NCBI GenBank assembly: GCA_038320275.1
Contig: JBBQEB010000001.1
Location: forward strand, 1-64,000
Length of the DNA stretch: 64,000 nt
From: Myxococcales bacterium
GTDB taxonomy: Bacteria > Myxococcota > Myxococcia > Myxococcales > Anaeromyxobacteraceae
Direction: 5' to 3'
Part shown: positions 9,048 through 21,345 of the stretch, one piece after another
Layout of the letters: each line of letters starts with the position of its first letter
How positions within the stretch are numbered: the stretch's first letter is position 1
Made by a program: the position numbers and the translations under genes
Notes under the pieces: generated by a model
Seen by the model: only the letters and a program-made list of their open reading frames with translations
Databases searched by the model: none
Told to the model about the DNA's origin: nothing

Positions 9048-10159
9048 TGCCTCCGGCCCTGCCCGCCTTGATGGTCGCGCTCGCCCTCGCGGCCGACCCG
9101 CGGTCACAGCTCGAGACGGTTCAGGCGCGCAAGGCGGCGGAGGAGGCGGCGGCGCGCGCCCTGGCGGAGCGCGAGGGGTCCCTGCTGGGCGCGCTCGACG
9201 CGGTGGAGCGGGGCCTCGTGGAGGCGGACGGCTCCGCGCGCACCGCCGAGGAGCGGCGCGCCAGCGCGGCGGGGCGGCTCGCCCGCGCCCGCGCCGCCGA
9301 GGATCGCGCGGAGTCGCGCCATCGCGCGCTGGAGGCGGAGCTCGGCCCTCGCCTCCGCGCCCGGGCGCGCGAAGGGCGGGGGGCCGAGGTGCGGCTCCTC
9401 CTCGCCGCCTCCTCCTTCGCCGAGCTCGCCACTCGCGCTCGCCTCTGGCGGCGGCTCACCGCGCACGACCTGGGGCTGCTCGCGTCGGCGAGGGAGGCGG
9501 TGGCTGCCCTCGCGGCGGCGCGGGTGCAGGCCGAGCGGGAGGGCGCCGAGGTCGAGGCGCGCGCCCGGGAGGCGCGCGAAGGACGAGCGCTCGCCGCCGC
9601 CCGCCGCGACGAGCAGCGCGCGCTGCTCGCCTCCATCCGCGGGGCCCGCTCGCTCCACGAGCAGGCGGCAGAGGAGGCGGCGCGGCAGGAGGGGCAGCTC
9701 GCCGACTTCGTGGCCTCGCTCCCCGTCGCGCACGGAGGCCCTCTGCACACCGGCTTTTCACTCCTCCGGGGCAAGCTCCCCAGTCCCGTCGCCGGGGTGG
9801 TGACGTCCGGCTTCGGCCGGGTGATCGACCCACGCTTCGGGACGGTGACGGTGCAGAAGGGCGTCGATATCCGCGCCCCAGCCGGTGCCGAGGTGCGCGC
9901 GGTCGCTCCTGGGCGCGTCGCCCATGCCGGCTGGTTCAAGGGCTACGGCAACCTCGTCATCGTCGATCACGGCGACGGGTACCACACGCTCGTGGCACAC
10001 CTTCGCTCCATGAGCACAGCCATGGGCGAGGAGGTCGAGGCGGGCTCGGCACTCGGCACCGTGGGCGACACCGGCCCGCTCGGCAATCCATCCGTCTATT
10101 TCGAGATCCGCGATCGCGGGCGGCCGGTGGACCCCGCCGGCTGGCTCTCGCGCCCTTGA
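9047..10159 (+). CDS. envC: EnvC-like murein hydrolase activator (coiled coil + M23/LytM)
   Basis: Coiled coil, then GVDIRAP, GYGNLVIVDHGDGYHTLVAHL, YFEIR (degenerate LytM); follows ftsEX. Confidence 0.85.
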   Translation: MPPALPALMVALALAADPRSQLETVQARKAAEEAAARALAEREGSLLGALDAVERGLVEADGSARTAEERRASAAGRLARARAAEDRAESRHRALEAELGPRLRARAREGRGAEVRLLLAASSFAELATRARLWRRLTAHDLGLLASAREAVAALAAARVQAEREGAEVEARAREAREGRALAAARRDEQRALLASIRGARSLHEQAAEEAARQEGQLADFVASLPVAHGGPLHTGFSLLRGKLPSPVAGVVTSGFGRVIDPRFGTVTVQKGVDIRAPAGAEVRAVAPGRVAHAGWFKGYGNLVIVDHGDGYHTLVAHLRSMSTAMGEEVEAGSALGTVGDTGPLGNPSVYFEIRDRGRPVDPAGWLSRP

Positions 10160-10179
10160 CCCTCTCTGCGAGCACAGCC

Positions 10180-11460
10180 ATGCGCACGTCCCCCTCCCGC
10201 TTCGCCGCCCTGGCCCTCGCCGGCGCCGCCTTCTTCGCCGGGCTGTCCCTCCACCACGTGGCGCGCGCGGCTCGCCGCGCCGACGATGCCTACCGGCCGC
10301 TCGACGTCTTCGCGGAGGTGCTCGCAGCGATCGAGAACGGCTACGTGGAGGAGGTGAAGGAGAAGGACCTCGTCTACGGTGCGGTGGAGGGGATGGTGGC
10401 GAGGCTCGATCCGCACAGCACCTTCATGCGCCCGGAGGTGTACCGCTCGCTGCGGGAGGAGACCTCCGGCGAGCTCGACGGCATCGGCGTGGAGGTGGCG
10501 GTGCAGGACGGCGCGCTCGCGGTGGTACCGCCCATCCTGGAGGGACCCGCCCAGCGGGCGGGGCTCGCGCCCGGCGATCGAATCCTGAAGATCGACGGCG
10601 CCCCCACGCGCGACATGCCGCTCTCGACGGCGGTGGCCCGGCTCAAAGGACCGGCCGGCACCAAAGTGACGCTGGAGCTCCTCCGGAAAGGTTCAGCGAG
10701 CTCGCAGGCGCTCACGCTGGTGCGCGACCGCATCCGGAGCCGGAGCGTGGAGTGGCGCATGCTCGACGGGGCCCGGGGGCACGTGTACGTCCAGGTGAAG
10801 TCCTTCCAGGACCGGACCGACCCGGCGCTCAAGACGGCGCTCGACGGCGCGCGGGCGCAGCTGAAGGGGCCCATCCGCGGACTCGTGCTCGACCTGCGCA
10901 ACGATCCCGGCGGCCTCCTCGAGCAGGCGGTACGCGTCGCCGATCGCTTCCTGCGCGAAGGCGTCATCGTGTCCACCGAGGGGCGCAAGGGAAGGTCGGT
11001 GGAGGTGGAGCGGGCGCACGAGAAGGACACCGAGCCTGACTACCCCATCGTCGCCCTGGTGAACCGCGGCACCGCCAGTGCAAGCGAGATCGTGGCGGGC
11101 GCCCTGCAGGACCACGGCCGCGCCCTCATCCTCGGTACCCAGACCTTCGGCAAGGGCTCCGTGCAAACGCTCATCGACCTGGAGGACGGCTCCGGGCTGA
11201 AGCTCACCGTCGCGCGCTATTTCACTCCCAAGCACCGGTCGATCCAGGAACTGGGCATCACCCCCGACGTGGTGGTGGGCCAGGCGGCGCCCGCGGCCGG
11301 CTCCGACGAGGGCGCGAGCGAGCGCGAGCTGGAGCGCCACTTTCCCAACGCCGCGGCCGGCGTGCGCCCGCCGGGCGCTCCACCCCCCTCCGACCACCAG
11401 GTCGCGACCGCGGTGGACTACCTCCGCGCCGCCGCGATCCTGAGGCCCACAACGCGTTGA
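10180..11460 (+). CDS. ctpA: S41 carboxyl-terminal processing protease
   Basis: LDPHS, PDZ domain, LDLRNDPGGLL, TASASEIVAGALQD, TFGKGSVQ. Confidence 0.9.
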   Translation: MRTSPSRFAALALAGAAFFAGLSLHHVARAARRADDAYRPLDVFAEVLAAIENGYVEEVKEKDLVYGAVEGMVARLDPHSTFMRPEVYRSLREETSGELDGIGVEVAVQDGALAVVPPILEGPAQRAGLAPGDRILKIDGAPTRDMPLSTAVARLKGPAGTKVTLELLRKGSASSQALTLVRDRIRSRSVEWRMLDGARGHVYVQVKSFQDRTDPALKTALDGARAQLKGPIRGLVLDLRNDPGGLLEQAVRVADRFLREGVIVSTEGRKGRSVEVERAHEKDTEPDYPIVALVNRGTASASEIVAGALQDHGRALILGTQTFGKGSVQTLIDLEDGSGLKLTVARYFTPKHRSIQELGITPDVVVGQAAPAAGSDEGASERELERHFPNAAAGVRPPGAPPPSDHQVATAVDYLRAAAILRPTTR

Positions 11461-11523
11461 CGGGCAGTTCACCCGGGGAGGGTGTGGGCTCCGTTTTTCC
11501 GTGGCGCATCGCGGGCTTTCCAT

Positions 11524-11551
11524 TTGACTTCGCCCTGCATACCGCTATATT
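11524..11551 (+). promoter_or_regulatory. Putative sigma70 promoter of the GT2 gene
   Basis: TTGACT-N16-TATATT in an AT-richer intergenic patch. Confidence 0.55.
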
Positions 11552-11646
11552 CCGCGCCGTTTCCGAAGGGGGACGCCTTCCCCTGTCGAACAGACGCTTT
11601 GGCGAGCGCCGGCGGGTGCGCTCCCCCGCCAGGTGAACAGCCCGAG

Positions 11647-13155
<1,509 letters not shown>

Positions 13156-13187
13156 GAGCCGGCTTTCGCCCGCCTCACCTTCCGATC

Positions 13188-13709
13188 TTAGCGCAGCACC
13201 TTCTCGTACACGGTGACGCCGCGGTCGAGGCGCGCCGCGACCGCGAAGCCCAGCCGCTCCCAGAACTGCTTCGCCTCGGTGTTCTCGTCCACCACCGAGA
13301 GCCGCAGCGCGCGATATCCCAGCCGCGTCAGCGCGGGCTCCAGCGCCGCCACCGTCTCCTTGCCGTAGCCGAGCCCCTGGCAGGCCTCGCGGAAGAGGAG
13401 GAGTCCCACCTGCGCGGTGCGCGGCTCCGGGTAGTCGAGGTGGAGGTCGAGCACGCCCACCCCCGGCCCACCGATGCGCGGGACGAGCACGAACACCTTG
13501 CGCCGGTCGTCGATCTCGGCGTCGGCGAGGAGCTGGATGGCGGCATCGGGGCGGGGTGGCTTGCCCTCCGTGCGCGCGAAATAGTCCGGAGCACCCTCGA
13601 AGCAGGCCTGGATCTGCGCGGCAAGCCGACCGGTGGCCGGAACGGCGCGCAGGCGCGGGCCATCCACCACGAGCTCTTCGCCTTCGGCCGTCTCGACCTG
13701 CGAGGTCAT
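13188..13709 (-). CDS. GNAT family N-acetyltransferase
   Basis: Motif A QGLGYGK; NTEAKQFWERLGF. Confidence 0.85.
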   Translation of the reverse strand: MTSQVETAEGEELVVDGPRLRAVPATGRLAAQIQACFEGAPDYFARTEGKPPRPDAAIQLLADAEIDDRRKVFVLVPRIGGPGVGVLDLHLDYPEPRTAQVGLLLFREACQGLGYGKETVAALEPALTRLGYRALRLSVVDENTEAKQFWERLGFAVAARLDRGVTVYEKVLR

Positions 13710-13764
13710 CGTCTCCCGAGACAGGGCATAAGCGCCCATGCTGGCGCGGGTCAAGGCGGCCTGA

Positions 13765-14484
13765 CTACTCGCCGAGCAGGAGCGCCCGGACGCACTGGGA
13801 CTCGAGGGTGGGCACCACCACATCCGCCCCCGCGGCGCGGAGCTCCTCCACGCTGAAGCGGCCGGTGGCGACCCCGAGCGCCGGGCAGCCCGCCGCATGG
13901 GCGGCGTGGATGTCGCGCGGGGTGTCCCCGATGACGAGCGCCTCCTCCGGAGGCAGCGGTCGGCCGAGCCGCGCGCCGGCCCGCCGCACCGCCGCCCGGA
14001 CGATCCCCTCCCGCGCCTCGGCGTCCTCGGCGAAGCCGAACACGTCGTCCGCCCCGAAGCCGAAGAAGCGGGTGAGCCCGCCGTGGTCCAGCTTGATGCG
14101 GGCCCCGGCGAGGACGTTCCCGGTGCACAGCCCGGTCAGCGTTCCGCGCGTGGCGAGCGCCTGGAGGAGGGTGAGGACGCCGGGCAGCACCTCGTATCCC
14201 GGTCCGCCGATCTCGCCCGGCAGCCGCTCCACGTAGGTGGCGAGGATGGCCTGGCAGAGCGGCTCGTCGTAGGCGACGCCCAGCGCCACCACCGCCTCGC
14301 GCACGATCCCCCGGTCGGTCATGCCGTCGAGCTTCATGGCGCCGAGCCACGCCTCGCGCCGTCCGGCCCGGCCCTCGAGGTGCGCCTCCATGGCGGCCTC
14401 CAGCGCGCGGCGCCCGGCACCGCCCGCGTGCACGAGGGTGCCGTCGATGTCGAAGAGGAGGACCCGCGGAGGGGGCGCCGTCAT
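13765..14484 (-). CDS. HAD family hydrolase (phosphoglycolate phosphatase-like)
   Basis: LLFDIDGTLV; VIGDTPRDIHAA. Confidence 0.88.
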   Translation of the reverse strand: MTAPPPRVLLFDIDGTLVHAGGAGRRALEAAMEAHLEGRAGRREAWLGAMKLDGMTDRGIVREAVVALGVAYDEPLCQAILATYVERLPGEIGGPGYEVLPGVLTLLQALATRGTLTGLCTGNVLAGARIKLDHGGLTRFFGFGADDVFGFAEDAEAREGIVRAAVRRAGARLGRPLPPEEALVIGDTPRDIHAAHAAGCPALGVATGRFSVEELRAAGADVVVPTLESQCVRALLLGE

Positions 14485-16109
14485 TCGGAATCTCCCGAGC
14501 GCTCGCGTGCGTGCACCACGGCGCTCGCCATGTTGCCCACGTAGCCGTTGATGCGGCGCAGGTAGGCGAGGAGGTCGAGGTGCATGCCGGAGGTCTCGAG
14601 CGACTCGCGCAGCCCGCGGCTCAGGCGCGCGATGTGCCGCTCCTTCAGCTCGCCCTCGATCTGCACCAGCTTCTCCCGGTGGCGCAGCACCTTGCGCGCG
14701 ATCTCCTCGTCCCCGCCCGAGAAGGCGACCAGCGCCAGGTCGAAGTTCTCGCACACCTTGGCGTGGAAAGAGGCGATCTCGGCCCAGCCCTCGCGCGAGA
14801 AGGTGAGGCCGTGGGAGACCTTCTTGCGCGCCAGCGCGAGCACGTTGCGGTTCACCAGGTCACCCACGTTCTCCACGTCGTTCGAGAGGCTGATGAGCGC
14901 CATCTGACGTCGCGCCTGCTCGCGCGCCAGGGCCTCCTGGCCCAGGCGGGCGAGGTAGAAGCGAATCTCGCGGTTGAGGATGTCCACCTTGTCGTCGCGA
15001 GCCTCGATATCGGTGGCGAGGTCGAGGTCGTTCTCCGAGAAGCAGCGGATGCAGTCCTTCACCATGTCGGCCACGATGTCCGCCATGCGCAGGAGCTCGC
15101 GCTGGGCGTTGCCGAAGGCGAGCGACGGCGTGCCCACCGCTCCGGGGTCGAGGTAGCGCGGGCCGAAGCGGGCCTTGGGATCGCCGCGCGCGAGGCGCGA
15201 GACGAGGCGCGCTCCGGGGCCGACGAAGGGCAGGAAGCACAGCGCGGTCGTCACGTTGAAGAGCGTATGCGCGTTCGCGATCTGGTGCGCCACGTCGGAG
15301 GCGGTGCGGGCGGAGAGCCGCGTGAAGGCGCCAGCGAAGGGGAGGAAGGCCGCCACCCCCACCAGCTTGAACACCGCGTGTGCCACCGCGACCCGCTTGC
15401 CGGCCGCCGGCTGGCCCGCCGCCGCGAGGAGGGGGGTGACCGCCGTCCCGAGGTTCGCGCCCAGCACGAGCGGCACCGCCGCGGCGATGGACATGCTCCC
15501 CGACGAGGCCATCGCGATGAGGAGCCCGATGGTGGGCGCCGAGCCTTGCACGAGGACGGTGATGAGGGCGCCCGCCGCGAGCCCGGCGAAGGGCATCGCG
15601 GAGAGGTGCTCCAGGACCGCAAGGAAGAGCGGCGACTGGCGCAGCGGGACGCTCGCGTCCCCCATCAGCTTCATGCCGAGGAAGAGGAGCCCGATGCCCA
15701 GGATGGCGTCGCCGGTCGAGCGCGCGCGGCGCTTCTTGGCGAAGAAGCGGAGCGCGAAGCCGCCCGCCACGATGAGGAGCGCGTAGTTCGAGAGCCGGAA
15801 GGCGATGAGCTGCACCGTGACGGTGGTGCCGATGTCCGCCCCCAGCACCACCGCCATCGCCTGGGGCAGCGTCATGAGGCTGGAGGCGGCGAACCCGACC
15901 AGCATCACCGTGATGGCGGTGGAGGACTGCACCACGGTGGTGGCGACAGCGCCCGACAGGAGCCCCACCACCCGGTTCGAGGAGAGGGCGAAGAGGATGG
16001 TGCGCAGCTTCTCCCCGGCGACGATCTGCAGGCCCTCGCGCGCGAGCGCGATGCCGTGCAGGAAGATGGCCAGGCCGCCGAGGAGGGTGGTGAGGTCGAG
16101 GAAGGACAT
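14481..16109 (-). CDS. Na/Pi cotransporter with C-terminal PhoU-like domains
   Basis: VQSSTAIT, GADIGTTVT, LGANLGT, IANAHTLFN; soluble PhoU-like C-terminus. Confidence 0.88.
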   Translation of the reverse strand: MSFLDLTTLLGGLAIFLHGIALAREGLQIVAGEKLRTILFALSSNRVVGLLSGAVATTVVQSSTAITVMLVGFAASSLMTLPQAMAVVLGADIGTTVTVQLIAFRLSNYALLIVAGGFALRFFAKKRRARSTGDAILGIGLLFLGMKLMGDASVPLRQSPLFLAVLEHLSAMPFAGLAAGALITVLVQGSAPTIGLLIAMASSGSMSIAAAVPLVLGANLGTAVTPLLAAAGQPAAGKRVAVAHAVFKLVGVAAFLPFAGAFTRLSARTASDVAHQIANAHTLFNVTTALCFLPFVGPGARLVSRLARGDPKARFGPRYLDPGAVGTPSLAFGNAQRELLRMADIVADMVKDCIRCFSENDLDLATDIEARDDKVDILNREIRFYLARLGQEALAREQARRQMALISLSNDVENVGDLVNRNVLALARKKVSHGLTFSREGWAEIASFHAKVCENFDLALVAFSGGDEEIARKVLRHREKLVQIEGELKERHIARLSRGLRESLETSGMHLDLLAYLRRINGYVGNMASAVVHARERSGDSE

Positions 16110-16132
16110 CGGCCGCCGGAGCGAAGCTCCCG

Positions 16133-17524
16133 TCACCCTCCGGCGAACAGCGCCTCGACGAACTCGCGCGGGGCGAAGCCGCGCAGGTCGGCCACCTTCT
16201 CGCCCACGCCCACGTAGCGCACCGGGAGCTCGAGCTCGTCGCAGATGCCGATGATGACGCCGCCCTTGGCGGTGCCGTCGAGCTTCGTGAGCACGATCCC
16301 GGTGACGCCGAGCGCCTCGTGGAACTGCCGGGCCTGTGCGATGGCGTTCTGGCCGTTGGTGGCGTCGAGGACGAGCAGCACCTCGTGCGGTGCGCCCGGG
16401 CAGGCCTTGGCCACCACCCGCTGCACCTTCTTGAGCTCCTCCATGAGCGGCGCCTTGGTGTGGAGCCGGCCGGCGGTGTCGCAGAGCACCACGTCGAAGC
16501 GCTCGTCCACGCCGCGCTTCACCGCCTCGAAGCAGACGCTGGCGGGATCGCCGCCCTCCTTGCCGCGCATCACCGGAGCGCCCACGCGCCCGGCCCACAC
16601 TTCGAGCTGCTCACCCGCGGCGGCCCGGAACGTGTCGCCAGCCCCCAGCAGCACCGAAAGCCCCGAGCCCTTCAGCTTGGCGGCGAGCTTCCCGATGGTG
16701 GTGGTCTTGCCGCTCCCGTTCACGCCCACCACCATGACCACGAACGGGCGCTGCGGCCCGACCACCAGCCCCTCGCCGTCGCCGGCCTTGCCGCCGAGCG
16801 CCAGGATGCGCTCCACGTCCTCCCGCAGCACCGCACGAAGCCGGGATGGATCGGAGAGCTCCTTGCGCTTCACCCGCTCGCGCGCGCCGTCGAGGAGCCG
16901 CGTGGCGGTGCGGACGCCGATGTCGGCCGTGAAGAGCACCTCCTCGAGCTCCGCCAGGACGCGCTCGTCCACCGGCCGGCCACCGGTGAGGAGGCCGTTG
17001 AGGCGCGCCATGAACCCGCCGCGCGTCTTCTCGAGCCCTGCGGCGAGGGTGCGGCCCCCCTCCGCCTCGACCCTGCGCTCGCGCTCTTCCACCTCCCGGA
17101 GACGCAGCGCTTCGGCCTCGCGCGCGAGCCGCGCAGCCTCCTCCCGCCCGCGCGCCTCCTCCTCCTCGCGCTCGGCGCGGCGCCGCTCCCGGTCGGCACG
17201 CTCGTCCTCCTTCTTCCGCCGGTAGGACTCCTTGCGGCGGGCCTCGCGCTCCTCCTTGTCGAGCGCCGGCTCCTCCGCTTCCGGCGGCGGCACCGGGGTG
17301 AGCGGCGGCCGCCCGCGGGCGGGAGGGAGCCCGAGCTCTCGCTCGATCTCCTCGCGGGAGAGCGGCGTCCCCGGGGCAGAACCGGCACGCCGCGAGCGCC
17401 GCACCAGCGCCACGGCCGCGGCGAGGATGAGGAGGACGAGGACCGCGACAATCGCGATCGCGATGGCGTCGTTGACGCCCACATGGGAAAGGTCCACGAC
17501 GGCCGGAACTGCGCGCGCGATCAT
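16133..17524 (-). CDS. ftsY: SRP receptor FtsY with N-terminal TM anchor
   Basis: [38 protein letters not shown]; start may be the GTG at 17482. Confidence 0.95.
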   Translation of the reverse strand: MIARAVPAVVDLSHVGVNDAIAIAIVAVLVLLILAAAVALVRRSRRAGSAPGTPLSREEIERELGLPPARGRPPLTPVPPPEAEEPALDKEEREARRKESYRRKKEDERADRERRRAEREEEEARGREEAARLAREAEALRLREVEERERRVEAEGGRTLAAGLEKTRGGFMARLNGLLTGGRPVDERVLAELEEVLFTADIGVRTATRLLDGARERVKRKELSDPSRLRAVLREDVERILALGGKAGDGEGLVVGPQRPFVVMVVGVNGSGKTTTIGKLAAKLKGSGLSVLLGAGDTFRAAAGEQLEVWAGRVGAPVMRGKEGGDPASVCFEAVKRGVDERFDVVLCDTAGRLHTKAPLMEELKKVQRVVAKACPGAPHEVLLVLDATNGQNAIAQARQFHEALGVTGIVLTKLDGTAKGGVIIGICDELELPVRYVGVGEKVADLRGFAPREFVEALFAGG

Positions 17525-17536
17525 CGATGAGCCCCT

Positions 17537-17563
17537 TCAGGCATCAGGCATCAGGCATCAGGC
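17537..17563. repeat. Heptamer tandem repeat (TCAGGCA)x3.9 overlapping the smc stop
   Basis: Read directly. Confidence 0.9.
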
Positions 17564-20500
17564 GGCCGCGGAGGCCTTCGGCTCGGAGAGGCGCACCGAC
17601 ACGAGCTTCGAGACGCCCGGCTCCTCCATGGTGACACCGTACAGGGTGTCCACCATCTCCATGGTGCGCTTGTTGTGGGTGATGAGGATGAACTGCGAGG
17701 TCCGGCTCATCTCGCGGACGAGCTCGTTGTAGCGGCCCACGTTGGCCTCGTCGAGCGGCGCGTCCACCTCGTCGAGCAGGCAGAAGGGCGTCGGCTTGAT
17801 GAGGAAGATGGCGAAGATGAGCGACACCGCGGTGAGCGCCTTCTCGCCGCCCGAGAGGAGGTTGATGCTCTGGAGCTTCTTGCCGGGAGGCTGCGCGTAG
17901 ACCTCGACCCCGCCCTCCAGCTCTCCGCTCTCGGGGTCGGGCGTCAGCGCGAGCCCCGCTGTCCCGCCCGTGAAGAGCCGCGGGAACACCTGCTGGAACT
18001 TCTCGTTGACGAGATCGAACGTCTCGCGGAAGCGCTCGCGGGAGGCCCGGTTGATCTTCACGATGGCCGCCGAGAGGTCGGCCAGCGAGGACTCCAGATC
18101 TTCCTTCTGCCCGCTCATGAACTGGTGGCGCCCGGCGAGCTCCTCGTACTCCTCGATGGCGGTGAGGTTGATGGGGCCCATGCGGTCGGACTGCGCCTTG
18201 AGCTCCTCGAGCCGTTCCCGCTCCGGCTCCCCGGGCGGCCTCGCCAGGTGGAACCGGTGCACCTCCCAGCGCAGCTCGGCCTGGCAGCGCTCGCGGATGG
18301 CCTCCTCGAGGTGCGCGAGCGCCATCGCCTGCTCGCGCGCGGTGAGCGTCGCGGCGTTGGCGGCGGCCGCGGTCTCGTCGGCGCGGCGCCGCAGCTCGCG
18401 GACCTCGCCGTCGCGCGCGCGGAGGGCGCCCGCCACGGCCTCGAGCTCCTCGCGCTCGCGCCCGAGCCGCTCCTTCACCTCGGCGTGCTCGGCCGCGAGC
18501 CGCCCCAGGTCGCCGTGGGTGCCGTCGATCCGCCCGCGCAGCTCGGCGGCCCGCGCGTTGGCCTCGGAGAGCGCCGCGAAGAGCCGCTCGCGCCGTTCCT
18601 CGATCCCCCGCCGCGCCTCCTCCACCCGCGCCAGTGAGGCGCCCAGGGACGACCGCCGCTCCGCGTCCGCCGCCACCTTCACCTTGAGGCTGGTGGCCTG
18701 GGCGGTGATGGCGTCGGTCTCACGCATGAGCGCCTCGGCAGCGGCGGTGGCCTCGCGCGCCCGCTCCTCCGCGCGCGACTGCTCCGCCTCGGCGGTGGCC
18801 GCCTCCACCCGGTGCTCCTCCTCCTCGCGGGAGAGCCCCGCCATCGCCTCCTCCAGCCCGGCCCGCTCCGCGTCGAGGTGGCCGGCGCGCCCGCCCAGCC
18901 GCTCCAGCTCCTCGGCTACCCGGGCCAGGTCCTTCTCGCCCTCCAGGACCGCCAGCTCCTTTTCCCGCCCGTCGCGGTCGAGCCCCTTGAGCGCGGTCTC
19001 CACCTGCAGCACGCGCGACTGCAGCGTGCGGTGGCGCCCCTGCGCGAGCGAGAGCTCGGCGTCGAAGTGGCGCACCGTGTCCTCCAGCTCCTGCACCTCG
19101 CGCCGGCGCTGCAGCGCGCCGTGCCCCTCGCCCTCCAGCGGGCCGCCGGTCACCACGCCGTGCGCGTCGAGCACCTCGCCGTCGAGCGTGACCAGCGTGC
19201 GCTTCAGCGAGGACGCCTGCCACAGCGCCAGAGCGGCGGGGAGGTCCCGCACGATGACCGCCCCGCCGAGGAGGAAGCGCGCCACCTTCTCGTAGGAGGG
19301 CTCGAAGCGCACCACGTCGATGCACGAGGCGACGAAGCCGGGGGCCTCGCGGACGCCGTCCGCCGCCCCCACCTCGGCGTCGCGGAGCCGGACGAGCGGG
19401 ATGAGCGAGGCGCGCCCCTCCGCCGCCGACTTGAGGAACGCGATGGCCTCGACGCCCTGGGCGTGGCTCTCGACGATGAGGTACTGCAGCCGCTCACCGA
19501 GCACGGCCTCGATGGCGGTCTCGTACTCGGGCGGCGCGGAGACCACGTCGGCGACGAGCCCGATCACCCCGCCGTCTCCCTCCGCCCCCCCGGCGCGCGT
19601 CATGAGGCTGCGCACGCCGCGACCATAGCCCTCGTAGTTGCGCATCACCTCGACGAGAGACTGGAGCCGTGCGCGCTTGTCGCCCAGCTCCTCGCGCAGC
19701 GTGATGAGCTTGGCCTCGTTCTGGATGAACTCCGACCGGGTGCGCTCCAGGCTCTCCTCCTGAGCCCCGCGCTCGGCCTCCAGCCGGAGCCTGAGCTGCC
19801 GGTTGGCGCCGAGCCGCTCCACCTGGCGGGCGCGCGCGCCGTCGAGCTCCGCCGCCCGCCGGCCCACCTCCTCCGCCTCGCCGCGGTTGCGGGCGAGCCG
19901 CCCGCGAAGATCGGCCCGCTGTCGCTCCATCGCCCCGAGCTGGCTGCGGTGTCCCGCCGCTCGCCCCAGCGCGGCGCCCGCCTCGCCGCGGAGGGCGTCC
20001 GCCTGGCCGAGGAGCGTGACCGCCTCGCCGCGCAGCCTGCGCAGCGTCTCCTCGGACGCGCCCAGACGCGCCTCGTCCTCCCCGGAGGCGTCGCCCAGCT
20101 CCGCGCGGCGCCGCGCCAGCTCCAGCCCCTCCTCCGCCAGCCGCTGCGCCTGTGCCTTCAGCCCCTCCAGCTCGTTGCCGCCGTCCTGCGCCCGCTTGGC
20201 CAGGCCGGTGAGCTCGCGGGCGGCCGCCTCTACCGAGACGTGCGAGACGCGTTCCTGGCTCTCCAGCTCGTGCTCGGCAAGGGACAGCTCCGCCACCCGC
20301 GCTTCCAGCTCGAGGACGCGCGCGCGCTCCCCCTCGATGGAGTCCTCGAGCGCCGCCATCTGCGCCGCGATCTCGGCCGCCTCGCCCTCCAGTCGCGCCT
20401 TCTCGCCCTCGGCCGCGCGCCGCAGGGCGGTCGCCTCCAGGAAACGACTCGCGCCCTGCGCCAGCTCCAGCTCGCGGATGTCGGCGCGCAGCGCCTTGTA

Positions 20501-21154
20501 GCGCTCGGCCTTGCGGGCCTGCCGGTTCAGCCCTTCGAGCTGCTTTCCCAGCTCCTGCACCACGTCGGCCACCCGGAGCAGGTTGGCCTGGGTGGCCTCC
20601 ATCTTCCGCTGCGCCGCCTCGCGGCGCTTCTTGTATTTCGTGATCCCCGCCGCCTCTTCGAGGATGGCGCGCCGATCCTCCGCGCGCGCGGAGAGGATCT
20701 GACCGATGCGCCCCTGCTCGATGATGGAGTAGGCGGTTCGCCCGACGCCCGAGCCCATGAAGAGATCGGTCACGTCGAGGAGGCGGGCTGGCACCTTGTT
20801 GATGAGGTACTCCGACTCCCCGCTGCGGAAGAGGCGCCGCCCCACGGTGATCTCGGAGAAGCCGGCGTACTGGACGGGGAGCTCGCTCGGGCGATCGTTC
20901 TCGAAGGTGATGACCACCTCGGCCATCGACAGCCCTGCCTTCGTCTCCGAGCCGTGAAAGATCACGTCCTCCATGGAGCGGCCCCGGAGGTGGCGCGCCG
21001 ACTGCTCGCCCAGCACCCACCGAATGGCGTCCACCACGTTCGACTTGCCGCAGCCGTTCGGCCCGACGACCCCGGTGACCCCCTCCGAGAAGGCGACCAC
21101 GATGCGGTCCATGAACGACTTGAAGCCGACGATGTCGAGGCGCTTGATGCGCAT
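17558..21154 (-). CDS. smc: Chromosome segregation protein SMC
   Basis: GFKSF, GPNGCGKSN, hinge, LLSGGEKAL, LDEVDAPLD. Confidence 0.96.
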   Translation of the reverse strand: MRIKRLDIVGFKSFMDRIVVAFSEGVTGVVGPNGCGKSNVVDAIRWVLGEQSARHLRGRSMEDVIFHGSETKAGLSMAEVVITFENDRPSELPVQYAGFSEITVGRRLFRSGESEYLINKVPARLLDVTDLFMGSGVGRTAYSIIEQGRIGQILSARAEDRRAILEEAAGITKYKKRREAAQRKMEATQANLLRVADVVQELGKQLEGLNRQARKAERYKALRADIRELELAQGASRFLEATALRRAAEGEKARLEGEAAEIAAQMAALEDSIEGERARVLELEARVAELSLAEHELESQERVSHVSVEAAARELTGLAKRAQDGGNELEGLKAQAQRLAEEGLELARRRAELGDASGEDEARLGASEETLRRLRGEAVTLLGQADALRGEAGAALGRAAGHRSQLGAMERQRADLRGRLARNRGEAEEVGRRAAELDGARARQVERLGANRQLRLRLEAERGAQEESLERTRSEFIQNEAKLITLREELGDKRARLQSLVEVMRNYEGYGRGVRSLMTRAGGAEGDGGVIGLVADVVSAPPEYETAIEAVLGERLQYLIVESHAQGVEAIAFLKSAAEGRASLIPLVRLRDAEVGAADGVREAPGFVASCIDVVRFEPSYEKVARFLLGGAVIVRDLPAALALWQASSLKRTLVTLDGEVLDAHGVVTGGPLEGEGHGALQRRREVQELEDTVRHFDAELSLAQGRHRTLQSRVLQVETALKGLDRDGREKELAVLEGEKDLARVAEELERLGGRAGHLDAERAGLEEAMAGLSREEEEHRVEAATAEAEQSRAEERAREATAAAEALMRETDAITAQATSLKVKVAADAERRSSLGASLARVEEARRGIEERRERLFAALSEANARAAELRGRIDGTHGDLGRLAAEHAEVKERLGREREELEAVAGALRARDGEVRELRRRADETAAAANAATLTAREQAMALAHLEEAIRERCQAELRWEVHRFHLARPPGEPERERLEELKAQSDRMGPINLTAIEEYEELAGRHQFMSGQKEDLESSLADLSAAIVKINRASRERFRETFDLVNEKFQQVFPRLFTGGTAGLALTPDPESGELEGGVEVYAQPPGKKLQSINLLSGGEKALTAVSLIFAIFLIKPTPFCLLDEVDAPLDEANVGRYNELVREMSRTSQFILITHNKRTMEMVDTLYGVTMEEPGVSKLVSVRLSEPKASAAA

Positions 21155-21345
21155 TCCACGTGGGTAGCACGGCGGAGGGGGTGATTCAATCGAACCCCTG
21201 GAACTGACGGGGGATTTCGCCGCCACCGAGGCGGTCCGCATCGCGGAAAACCGTCTGAGTCCGAAGCCTTGCGTGACGTTGCATGTATCGTCGTGAAGCC
21301 AGGAAGGTCTCGCTCGCCTGGCCACCGGGTAGACTCCCGGCAGTC

